64,000 nt of DNA from Candidatus Woesearchaeota archaeon (GTDB lineage: Archaea; Nanobdellota; Nanobdellia; Woesearchaeales; SM23-78), in assembly GCA_016930415.1 (NCBI GenBank), contig JAFGGS010000003.1:6691-70690 (forward strand), in the 5' to 3' direction. How positions within the stretch are numbered: the stretch's first letter is position 1; each line of letters starts with the position of its first letter. Made by a program: the position numbers and the translations under genes. Under the pieces are notes generated by a model. That model did not search any database. It saw nothing but the letters and a program-made list of their open reading frames with translations, and was not told the origin of the DNA. Shown piece after piece: positions 8,768-17,239 of the stretch.

Positions 8768-10642
8768 ATGTATTCGGAAGCATTGAGAACGACACCCAGG
8801 ATTGGCGGCAGCGATAGTTTCATTGCGAGGGACTCGGTCGGCCTTGAGAAGAGCGTCGTCCTTAAGGGTTCTGAGGCTGTCGTCAAGATCCTTGAGAGGG
8901 AATTCAGAGACTATCAGGCTCCGCCTGTCGTCTTCGGCATCCAGGGCGGCAAGGTCATCTCGCTCTTCGACTCTCTGAGCAAGTCTGATATCAGGATTGT
9001 ATCCTGCGGCCAGGAGGGCGCTGCTGGCCACATGGCTGAGGGTTATGCTGAGTCTACTGGCAAGGTCGGCGTGGTCATCGCGACGTCTGGCCCTGGCGCG
9101 ACTAATCTTATGACGCCGGTCCTTGACGCGTTCATGGATTCTGTCCCGATCGTCGCTATCACGGGCCAGGTCCCGGCGAATGACCTTGGAAGCATGGCGT
9201 TCCAGGAGGGCCCGGTCTTCGAGATGATGAAGAGGATCACTAAGAAGAGCTACCTAGTCACTCATCCTGATGTCTTAGTGAATACTTTGAGAGAGGCTTT
9301 TGCAGTGGCCAGGAGCGGCAGGCCTGGTCCTGTCAGCGTTGATATAACGTCGAACGTGTGGGGCAAGGAGTTGCTCTACCATCCTGACAAGCCTTTTAGC
9401 TTTGAGCAGCCTGTCAAGGGCAGGGATAGGTTCAAGGAGGCGAGTGTCGAGGAGGTCTTGGAGGCGCTCTTGCAGTCTGAGAGGCCTATAATACAGGCTG
9501 GCGGCGGCGTCAAGGTCGCTGGCGCGCACAAGGAGCTCTTCGAGTTTGCAAGGAGGTACAACGTCCCGGTCATAACGACTCTCAAGGCGCTCGGCTGCTT
9601 CCCTAAAGACAGTGATCTTCATCTTGGAATGGCTGGCATGCATGGAGGGGCGTATGCTACTAATGCGTTGTTCAGCGCGGACTTCGTGTTGTTCATCGGC
9701 AGCAGAGTCGATGACCGAGTGATACCTGATCCTGACGAGTTCTTGGGGCACGGCAGGAACGGCAAGCCTAAGACGATCGCCCACGTCGACGTGGATCCTT
9801 ATGAGATCAATAAGAGGCTTGACCCTGAGAGGCGGGGTGGCGAGCGTTTCAGGAGCTTGCCTATCAACACTGATGCCAAGTCTTTCCTTGAGGAAGCCTT
9901 GAGGATAAATCCTTATGAGAGCAAGAGTTTCAGCGGGTGGCACGAGCAGATCAACGCTTGGAGAAGGGAGTATCCTCTTCCAAGGTTTTCCAGGATTATC
10001 GACGACGGCAAGGGTTATCCTGAGGGGCTTATCAAGCCTCAGTTCGTGCTTGAGACTCTTGATCGGCTGCTTCAGGAGTACAAGGGCGAGTTCATACTGA
10101 CGACTGGCGTAGGCCAACACCAGATGTTCGCCGCCCAATACATGACTCCAAGGGGGCCTAGGAAGTTCATAACCTCAGGCGGAGCCGGCACCATGGGCTT
10201 TGGCCTTCCGGCGGCTATCGGCGCCCAGCTCGCGAATCCCGACGCATTAGTCGTCAACATCGACGGAGATGGCAGCTTCAACATGAACTCCCAGGAGCTC
10301 AGGACCCTCTACGAGCAAGGCATCCCTGTGAAGACGGTCATATTGCACAACGGATCCCTTGGCATGGTGCGCCAGTGGCAGGACTTGATGTTCAAGGAGA
10401 ACCGAGTCGCGACGGCTATCGGCAGCAGCGCGCACCCTGATTTCGCGGCCGGCGCATTCGCCCAGTACGGGATGGAGTCTGCGCGCATATCAGAATACAG
10501 GCTTGTCGAGCCCGGCATCAGGCGCATGATGCAAAGCCAAGGCCCTTTCGTCCTCGACGTCGTCGTCGATCCTGACGAGCACGTGCTCCCCATGATCATG
10601 CCCGGGAAGCCTGTCAACGAGATGAGGACTCACAAGGGTTGA
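8768..10642 (+). CDS. ilvB: Acetolactate synthase large (catalytic) subunit, biosynthetic type
   Basis: EGAAGHMAEGYA, TSGPGATN, ITGQVP, GMAGMHG, DDRV, GVGQHQM, GTMGFGLPAAIGA, GDGSFNMN...LGMVRQWQ. Start 8768 preferred over 8747 on SD spacing. Confidence 0.93.
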   Translation: MYSEALRTTPRIGGSDSFIARDSVGLEKSVVLKGSEAVVKILEREFRDYQAPPVVFGIQGGKVISLFDSLSKSDIRIVSCGQEGAAGHMAEGYAESTGKVGVVIATSGPGATNLMTPVLDAFMDSVPIVAITGQVPANDLGSMAFQEGPVFEMMKRITKKSYLVTHPDVLVNTLREAFAVARSGRPGPVSVDITSNVWGKELLYHPDKPFSFEQPVKGRDRFKEASVEEVLEALLQSERPIIQAGGGVKVAGAHKELFEFARRYNVPVITTLKALGCFPKDSDLHLGMAGMHGGAYATNALFSADFVLFIGSRVDDRVIPDPDEFLGHGRNGKPKTIAHVDVDPYEINKRLDPERRGGERFRSLPINTDAKSFLEEALRINPYESKSFSGWHEQINAWRREYPLPRFSRIIDDGKGYPEGLIKPQFVLETLDRLLQEYKGEFILTTGVGQHQMFAAQYMTPRGPRKFITSGGAGTMGFGLPAAIGAQLANPDALVVNIDGDGSFNMNSQELRTLYEQGIPVKTVILHNGSLGMVRQWQDLMFKENRVATAIGSSAHPDFAAGAFAQYGMESARISEYRLVEPGIRRMMQSQGPFVLDVVVDPDEHVLPMIMPGKPVNEMRTHKG

Positions 10643-10692
10643 TTAAGAAAAAAAGTAAAAAAGTCATGGAAAATATTTTTTATCTTATCTTC

Positions 10693-11649
10693 TCATTTCA
10701 CATCGTAGAATTTCTTGTACCAGTCTATGAACTTGGGGATTCCTTCCTCGACTTGGGTCTTTGGGTCGAATCCCAGCATCTTTCGTGACTTGGTCAGGTC
10801 TGCCATGGTGATTGGCACGTCTCCTGGCTGCATCGGCATGTTGTTCCTCTTGGCTTTCCTGCCGATGGCTTTCTCTATGCACTCGATGTATTTCTCAAGC
10901 TCGACAGGGTGGTCTCCTCCGAGGTTGAATATCTCGTAGGGATATGCCTTGTCCAGGGCTGCGAGGACGCCTGCTGTTATGTCATCTATGTATGTGAAGT
11001 CTCTCTTCATCTTGCCGTGGTTGTAGACGTCTATCGGCTTGCCTTCTATTGTCGCCTTCGTGAACTTGAAGAGCGCCATGTCTGGCCTGCCCCAGGGACC
11101 ATACACTGTGAAGAATCGCAGGCCTGTGCAGTTGAGCCCGAAGAGGTGGTGGTAGGTGTAGGCCATCAGCTCGCACGTCTTCTTTGAAGCAGCGTATAAT
11201 GAGATCGGGTGGTCGACCGGGTCTTCTTCTGCGAACGGCACTTTCTTGTTGTTGCCGTAGACTGAGCTGCTGGAGGCGTATATGAAGTCTTTGACTCCGT
11301 GGTGCCTGCACATCTCAAGGAGGACTAGTGTTCCGTGGATGTTGGTGTGCTCGTAGGCGAACGGGTTTTCTAAGGAATACCTGACGCCTGCCTGGGCTGC
11401 CAAGTGGCATATCTTGTCTGGTTTGTGTTCCTTGAAGACCGCTTCCATGGCTTCCTTGTCTGCAAGGTCTTTCTCGACAAAGGCGAATCCTTTCTTTCCA
11501 AGGAGCTCTGTTAGCCTTGCTTTTTTGAGGTTTACGTCGTAGTAGTCGTTCAGGCTGTCTATCCCGACTACATCATCTCCTCTTGCGAGGAGCGCTTGCG
11601 AAACGTGGAATCCTATGAATCCGGCTGCGCCAGTCACGAGTATCTTCAT
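10693..11649 (-). CDS. NAD-dependent epimerase, UDP-glucuronate 4-epimerase type
   Basis: TGAAGFIGFH, HLAAQAGVRYS, YASSSSVYG, SLYAASKK, RFFTVYGPWGRPDMA. Confidence 0.92.
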   Translation of the reverse strand: MKILVTGAAGFIGFHVSQALLARGDDVVGIDSLNDYYDVNLKKARLTELLGKKGFAFVEKDLADKEAMEAVFKEHKPDKICHLAAQAGVRYSLENPFAYEHTNIHGTLVLLEMCRHHGVKDFIYASSSSVYGNNKKVPFAEEDPVDHPISLYAASKKTCELMAYTYHHLFGLNCTGLRFFTVYGPWGRPDMALFKFTKATIEGKPIDVYNHGKMKRDFTYIDDITAGVLAALDKAYPYEIFNLGGDHPVELEKYIECIEKAIGRKAKRNNMPMQPGDVPITMADLTKSRKMLGFDPKTQVEEGIPKFIDWYKKFYDVK

Positions 11650-11655
11650 CTTTTC

Positions 11656-12972
11656 TTATCTCCCTACTCCTTGGTATTTGATCCCTGTCTTCTTCATCTC
11701 TTCAGGGTCGAATACGTTCCTGCCGTCTATTATGATGTGCTCTTTCATGAGCTTCTTCACCTTGTTAAAGTCCGGCTCCCTGAACTCATCCCATTCTGTC
11801 ATGACCAGGAGCGCGTCGGCGCCGTCTATTGCGTCGTAGACGTCTTTCGTGAACTTGATCGCGTCTTCTTTCAAGAAGAGCTTCTTGCCGTTCTCCATGG
11901 CTTCTGGGTCGTAGATCCTTATGTTCGCGTCTTCCTTGAGCAGCTGCTCGATTACTGTCAGGGTGGCTGATTCCCTTATGTCGTCGGTCCTTGGCTTGAA
12001 TGAGAGCCCCCATATCGCGATCGTCTTCCCTTCAAGCTTCGGCAGGTATTTTTTGAGCTTTGGGATGATGCTTTTCTTCTGCCTCTCGTTGACGTAGTCG
12101 ACTGCTCTCATGATGTTTGATGAGAGCCCGTGGTGCTCCAGCATCTGTGCCAGCGCCTTCACGTCTTTTGGGAAGCACGAGCCTCCGTATCCGCAGCTTG
12201 CCTGCAGGAATCTTGATCCTATCCTCTTATCGAGCCCCATGCCTTTGGCCACTATTTTTATGTCTCCGCCTAGGGCTTCGCATAGGAATGATAGCTCGTT
12301 CATGAAGCTTATCCTCGTCGCGAGCATCGCGTTGCTAGCGTATTTTATGAGCTCTGCATTCTTCTCGCTCGTGAATATTATGGGCCTCTCTGCTCTTGCG
12401 AGCGGCTTGTAGAGCCGCCCCATGAGGTCGCTTGCTTTCTGGCTCGAGGAGCCGATCACGACCCTGTCAGGGTTCTGGAAGTCCTTGACTGCGGATCCTT
12501 CCTTTAGGAATTCCGGGTTGCTTACGACGTCGTATTCGATCTTGGCTTTCCTCTTCTTGAGCTCTTTTGAGATTATCTTGCTTACCTTGTCGGCCGTGCC
12601 TGCAGGGACTGTGCTCTTGTCCACTATGACTGTGTATCTCTCGATGTTCTTCCCGACTTCTTCTGCGACCGCGTAGACGTATCTGAGGTCTGCTTCGCCG
12701 TTCGCTTTCGAGGGCGTGCCTACGCATATGAATATCACTTCGGATTCCTTTATCGCCTTGGCGATGTCTGTCGTGAATGAGAGGCGGCCTCTCTCCACGC
12801 TCCTGTCGAAGAGGTCTTTTAGCCCCGGCTCGTATATTGTCATCTTCCCTTGTTTTAGGGCTTCTATCTTCTTCTCGTCGACGTCTGCGCATATGACGTC
12901 GTTTCCCAGGTCTGAGAAGCAGGTCCCGCTTACCAGGCCCACGTATCCTGCGCCTACGAATAATAGCTTCAT
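11656..12972 (-). CDS. ugd: UDP-glucose 6-dehydrogenase
   Basis: GAGYVGL, CVGTP, KSTVPAGT, SNPEFLKEG, GYGGSCFPKD, GLSFKPRTDDIRE. Confidence 0.93.
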   Translation of the reverse strand: MKLLFVGAGYVGLVSGTCFSDLGNDVICADVDEKKIEALKQGKMTIYEPGLKDLFDRSVERGRLSFTTDIAKAIKESEVIFICVGTPSKANGEADLRYVYAVAEEVGKNIERYTVIVDKSTVPAGTADKVSKIISKELKKRKAKIEYDVVSNPEFLKEGSAVKDFQNPDRVVIGSSSQKASDLMGRLYKPLARAERPIIFTSEKNAELIKYASNAMLATRISFMNELSFLCEALGGDIKIVAKGMGLDKRIGSRFLQASCGYGGSCFPKDVKALAQMLEHHGLSSNIMRAVDYVNERQKKSIIPKLKKYLPKLEGKTIAIWGLSFKPRTDDIRESATLTVIEQLLKEDANIRIYDPEAMENGKKLFLKEDAIKFTKDVYDAIDGADALLVMTEWDEFREPDFNKVKKLMKEHIIIDGRNVFDPEEMKKTGIKYQGVGR

Positions 12973-13157
12973 TTTTTCACCGTTTCTTGATTTTCAGAGC
13001 CTGTTTTTGTGTTTTATGATACTGGCTTCTGTATTCCGAGTATATTATGGCTCTTTTTGTCTGTAAGAAAAAGGAACCATTTATAAATGTTATGTAATCG
13101 GACAGTGATAACACAAAAGAGTTTTCTCTCTATAAAAAGAAAAAAAAGCCACTACAT

Positions 13158-13403
13158 TCAAGCAGTAGCCTTAACCCTCTTCAAGAGCTCAGAGCCCTCC
13201 TCGACCATGAGCTCATCCTCAGCGAGAGGCTCCTCAGTCACCTTCACGGTATTCGCGAGTATCGTCTTGTAATACTCGATCGGCTTCACGTTCGTGATGA
13301 TCGTCTGCTGTATCACGAAGCGTCCGTTCCTGCTGGCCTTTATCCTGCTCTGGATGATAGGCATCCTCTTGAGCTGCTGCTCTTTCTTGTCGCTAAGTCC
13401 CAT
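13158..13403 (-). CDS. Small hypothetical protein
   Basis: Strong SD GGAGGT, own TATA (~13447-13458), plausible codon usage. Confidence 0.75.
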   Translation of the reverse strand: MGLSDKKEQQLKRMPIIQSRIKASRNGRFVIQQTIITNVKPIEYYKTILANTVKVTEEPLAEDELMVEEGSELLKRVKATA

Positions 13404-13504
13404 TTTAAATGACCTCCATTAGTTGATGCAGCCAGCAGGCAGGAAGTGCTTAATATAATGCTAGGCCCCGCTTTTCGGAAAGAAAGAATGAAGACCAGAG
13501 GAAT

Positions 13505-14392
13505 TTACAGCTTCCTGATCTTCGCAATAAAGAACCCTTGGGTTCCTGTCTTGTGAGGCCATAGCCGCTTGCAAAGCGCGACGTTAGGGTTCAGCTTCCT
13601 GCCAAAGACCCCTGTCAAGCCTGGCTCGCCCACGTGAACACCTATCTTCTCAAGCTCGACATCCTCGTAACTCGATAACAGCCAGTCGATGTTCTCCTCA
13701 TTCTCCTCAGGCTCCAAGGAGCAGGTCGAGTACACCATGACGCCGCCCTTCTTGAGGACTGCAAGGCCTGCGTCGATTAGCTTCCTTTGGACCTTCACCA
13801 TCTCTTTCAGGTCTGAGACCTTCCTCTTGGCGAACCAATCCTTGTCTGTTGCGAAGTTGCCCGAGCAAGGCGCGTCGAGCAATACCTTGTCGAACTCGCG
13901 GCCCAACTCATCCGTAAAGTCCTCTGCAAATGCAGCGTCCTTCTTGTAGACAAGGCAGTTCGACACGCCGCACCTCTCGAGGTTGTTCTTGAGAGCTGGA
14001 AGCCTGGGATTACTCGCGTCGAGCGCGACTAGCACGCCCTTGTTCTCCATCATGGCGGCCATCTGAGTCGTCTTGCTGCCAGGAGCCGCTGCCATGTCAA
14101 GGACTAGCTCTCCAGGCCTAGGATCCAGGACTTCTGCAGGCAACTGGCTTGCGGCCTCCTGGATGTAGATGAGGCCCAGGAAGTGCTCTGGCATGGCGCC
14201 TACCGTGAAGCTTGACTTGAAATAGTAGCCGTGCGAGAGGAATGGTATCTTCTCAAGCTCAGCGTTGAGGCGCTTCTTTAAGGAGGAGTCATCGATCTTG
14301 AGAGTGTTCACGCGAAGGGCGTGAGGGACCACTATGCTCTTAGGGTCAAACATCTCCCCTAGCTTCTCGTACCTCTCAAGGAACTGGTTCAT
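13505..14392 (-). CDS. RsmB/NOP2/NSUN-family RNA m5C methyltransferase
   Basis: YIQEAASQ, VLDMAAAPGSKT, LLDAPCSG, YSTCSLEPEENE. Confidence 0.93.
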   Translation of the reverse strand: MNQFLERYEKLGEMFDPKSIVVPHALRVNTLKIDDSSLKKRLNAELEKIPFLSHGYYFKSSFTVGAMPEHFLGLIYIQEAASQLPAEVLDPRPGELVLDMAAAPGSKTTQMAAMMENKGVLVALDASNPRLPALKNNLERCGVSNCLVYKKDAAFAEDFTDELGREFDKVLLDAPCSGNFATDKDWFAKRKVSDLKEMVKVQRKLIDAGLAVLKKGGVMVYSTCSLEPEENEENIDWLLSSYEDVELEKIGVHVGEPGLTGVFGRKLNPNVALCKRLWPHKTGTQGFFIAKIRKL

Positions 14393-15519
14393 AATTCCAC
14401 CACTATCTTTCCTGCCTTGCTATCAATCTCCTTGACGAGCACGTGGCCCTCGTATCTCTTCTTGAGCTCGTCCCAACCCATCTTCTTGCGGCAGGAGTTC
14501 ATCAAGTCAAGGAGCTCTTTTATCTCGGCGTAGTGCTCATAGATCAGCTCTCCCTTGCGCTGGTTCTCGGAGATGCTCTTCTCAAGCTCTTTCAGACGCT
14601 CTTCCTGCTTTCTTATGATGAGCGTTATCTTCTTCTCCTTGGTCTGCTTCTCCTTTGTCTCGCGAGCATCTGACACGCTGATCATCTTGTCTGTGAGCTC
14701 CTCATCCAAAGCCTTGTTGAACGAAGAGTAGTCCTTCCTTGAAGGGCTGTTTGACTTGGCGGTCTCGAACGGGAAGACTTCTCCGTCTGAAGAATTCGCT
14801 TTTATCTGGAGATGAAACATTCCGCCAAGCTCAGTGTAGGCCTTATCCATCTCGTCGATCGAAAGTCTCTTCTTGTCCTTAGGTATCCCTGCGCGGCTGC
14901 ACAGTTCCTCTGCGTAGACGCCTCCAAGCCCCAGCTCGATCGCGAAGGTCTTGACTATGGAATCAAAGGCAGTGCTCGTTATTATCTTCTCGAACTCTGC
15001 CATGGTCAGCTTCGGCGTGTTGGCCTGGCCAGGCGGGTATTGGTACTTGGTCCCGCCCCTGATGGTCCTCGACTCCCAGTTCTGGCTTTCAAGAAGCCCT
15101 TTTATCTTGCCGTCTTTTTCCAGCAAGACCATGTTTCCCTTGCTGAAGAGCTCACACACGAGCGTCAACTCCGACAACTCCTCCCCCTTCTTCACCTCGA
15201 ACACGACCTCAAGTATCCTCTCAAAGGCGTGCTGGCGGACCTCTTTCACCCTTGAGTTATCAAGGTACTTCCTTAAGAAGACGCAGAATCCTGGCGGCCT
15301 CTCTGGAAACGAGGACTTATACTCAGTCAGGTAGGCTAGCCCTGGCAACTTGACCCGCAGCATCTGCTTGCCAGCGCCTTCGCCGATCTTGCGCAGCACG
15401 AACAAGAAGTCCTTCTTATCATCCTCCTGCTCGTACACCTTATCGACCCTCGCGCCCTCAAGGCTTTTTAGCTCTCTGACAAGAAAAAGCAGGTCAAGAG
15501 AGGTAAGTTCTGTCTTCAT
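14389..15519 (-). CDS. Rqc2/NFACT N-terminal half (NFACT-N, HhH, first coiled coil)
   Basis: PPGFCVFLRKYL, FERIL, ELFSKGNMVL, YQYPP, LGLGGVYAEELC; ends after the coiled coil, with no NFACT-R domain. Confidence 0.8.
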   Translation of the reverse strand: MKTELTSLDLLFLVRELKSLEGARVDKVYEQEDDKKDFLFVLRKIGEGAGKQMLRVKLPGLAYLTEYKSSFPERPPGFCVFLRKYLDNSRVKEVRQHAFERILEVVFEVKKGEELSELTLVCELFSKGNMVLLEKDGKIKGLLESQNWESRTIRGGTKYQYPPGQANTPKLTMAEFEKIITSTAFDSIVKTFAIELGLGGVYAEELCSRAGIPKDKKRLSIDEMDKAYTELGGMFHLQIKANSSDGEVFPFETAKSNSPSRKDYSSFNKALDEELTDKMISVSDARETKEKQTKEKKITLIIRKQEERLKELEKSISENQRKGELIYEHYAEIKELLDLMNSCRKKMGWDELKKRYEGHVLVKEIDSKAGKIVVEL

Positions 15520-15606
15520 GAGAGTATAGAATCAGGTGCCTTATTTAAATATATTTCACATCAGAATATATGAAGGCTAAGCATATAAAGGAATTTTGAC
15601 TTAAGG

Positions 15607-17064
15607 TCAGATAAGGCTGTTTCTGTTTATTATCTTCTCAGCCGCAGAAAATCCTGCCTCTATGCTGTCGTCTTGGTTGTTGTATCGGAACCTGCCTGAG
15701 CGGCCGATACAGGTCAGGTTTTCTACCTTATCAATGTATCCCATCACCAATTCAAGGTTTTTCTCAAAGCCAAGGTCATATAACGGATAGGCGTGGCTTA
15801 TCCTTATCACGTAATGGTTTCTTACATCCTCTTTTTTCAGGAAGCCAATCCTTTCCAGATGCGGGAGAGCATGATCAAGGAGCTGCTTTGAGCCCATTTT
15901 CCAGGTCGCATCGTTTTCATCGACAAAGAACTCTACTAGAAGAGAAGTTTTTCCTTCAGGGCTCATTTGCCTGCTGAAGTTCCTCATCTCAGATATCCTT
16001 CCGAAAGGGATTTCATTATCAGGGAAATACATCCAGTTATCCCTTGTAACTTGGCGCTTGTTCAATGTTAGGAACAAGTATATTTGGGACCTCCACTTAA
16101 GCCTTCCAGCGGCATCACGCACTTTTTTAGGCGGAAGAGGGGTTATGCGCTTGATTAGCTCTGTTATCGGAATGGAGCTGACTACGAAAGAAGGATTGCG
16201 CACAGCTTCAACACCACCTCCTTGATCGTTTCCGCCGCCCTTAAACTCGATTGAATAAATCTTTTTCCCAGCCATCTTTATCCTGGAAGGCTCTGCGTTG
16301 AGATGAAGCTTCCCGCCTTTCTTACTCACATGATCTAGCATTCGCGTGTATATCGATCCAATCCCATATCTTGGATAGTGGAACTCGTTCACGAGCGACT
16401 TAGGGGAAGAACCGGCAGCCTTATCTTTTTTACTCTCTTCATCCTCGTTCAGAACTGCATTCCTAATTACAGATAACAGGTTAAGGCCGGCTATCCTCTC
16501 GTTCGCCCAAACAGGATGGATTTTCTTGCAGGGAAACCCGATTATTTTCTCAGTGTAGTTAAGCATGCAAAAATCCCCAAGACTCTTCCCGAACTGGGAT
16601 TCTATGTGTTCCTCAAAATTGTTTGGTGATTTTCGGAGTATCCGATAATATGCTGCTGATTTCAGGTATGAGGCCAGCAGCAATCCCGCCCTAAAAAGTC
16701 CTATATTCATAAACGCTTGCACAGGCCTAATTGGATAATCATAGAATTTTCCTCTGATGAACTGGCGCGTGCTCCGCCTTACAGTAAGCAGCTCCTTTTC
16801 AAGCAGGGAGCGCACAGCCTCATAAGCTTGCTTGTTTCCTGACAAGAACCTGTGAGGACCAAGGTCAGTCCTGAAAACAAGGTTTCCTTCCTTAAAGGAG
16901 AGCGTCTTTGCTAGGCCACCAATCTGCGTGCTTTTCTCGTAAATTAAGGGCTTCTTGCCGGCCTCGCTTAGTTTCAGGGCGCATGCTAACCCTGCAGCGC
17001 CCGCTCCTAGCAAGATGACTTTTTCGCGATCTTTCATTATCTCATCATTTCTTGCTTCAGCCAT
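15607..17064 (-). CDS. FAD-dependent oxidoreductase (protoporphyrinogen oxidase/UDP-galactopyranose mutase-like)
   Basis: LGAGAAGL, IGGLAKT, DLGPHRF, FHYPRYG, AYPLY, GRSGRFRYNNQDDS. Confidence 0.8.
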   Translation of the reverse strand: MAEARNDEIMKDREKVILLGAGAAGLACALKLSEAGKKPLIYEKSTQIGGLAKTLSFKEGNLVFRTDLGPHRFLSGNKQAYEAVRSLLEKELLTVRRSTRQFIRGKFYDYPIRPVQAFMNIGLFRAGLLLASYLKSAAYYRILRKSPNNFEEHIESQFGKSLGDFCMLNYTEKIIGFPCKKIHPVWANERIAGLNLLSVIRNAVLNEDEESKKDKAAGSSPKSLVNEFHYPRYGIGSIYTRMLDHVSKKGGKLHLNAEPSRIKMAGKKIYSIEFKGGGNDQGGGVEAVRNPSFVVSSIPITELIKRITPLPPKKVRDAAGRLKWRSQIYLFLTLNKRQVTRDNWMYFPDNEIPFGRISEMRNFSRQMSPEGKTSLLVEFFVDENDATWKMGSKQLLDHALPHLERIGFLKKEDVRNHYVIRISHAYPLYDLGFEKNLELVMGYIDKVENLTCIGRSGRFRYNNQDDSIEAGFSAAEKIINRNSLI

Positions 17065-17239
17065 GTTTTTTTTCGCCGACAGTCCACCAGAACTAATCCT
17101 AATTCATAAGAGGAACAGATATTTCTTTTATATATATTTCTTTTGATGCGCACAAACAAAGTCTCTGTTAACGCGAGGTTTCATAATCCTGCACAGAGGA
17201 AACATAATATTTTTATATCAACAAAATAGTTTTCAGGTT

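Noticed and set aside
9275-10138. Long antisense ORFs (also 27077-27736, 28833-29591, 62688-63458 and others)
   Set aside because: Shadow frames of well-supported genes with no motifs of their own.
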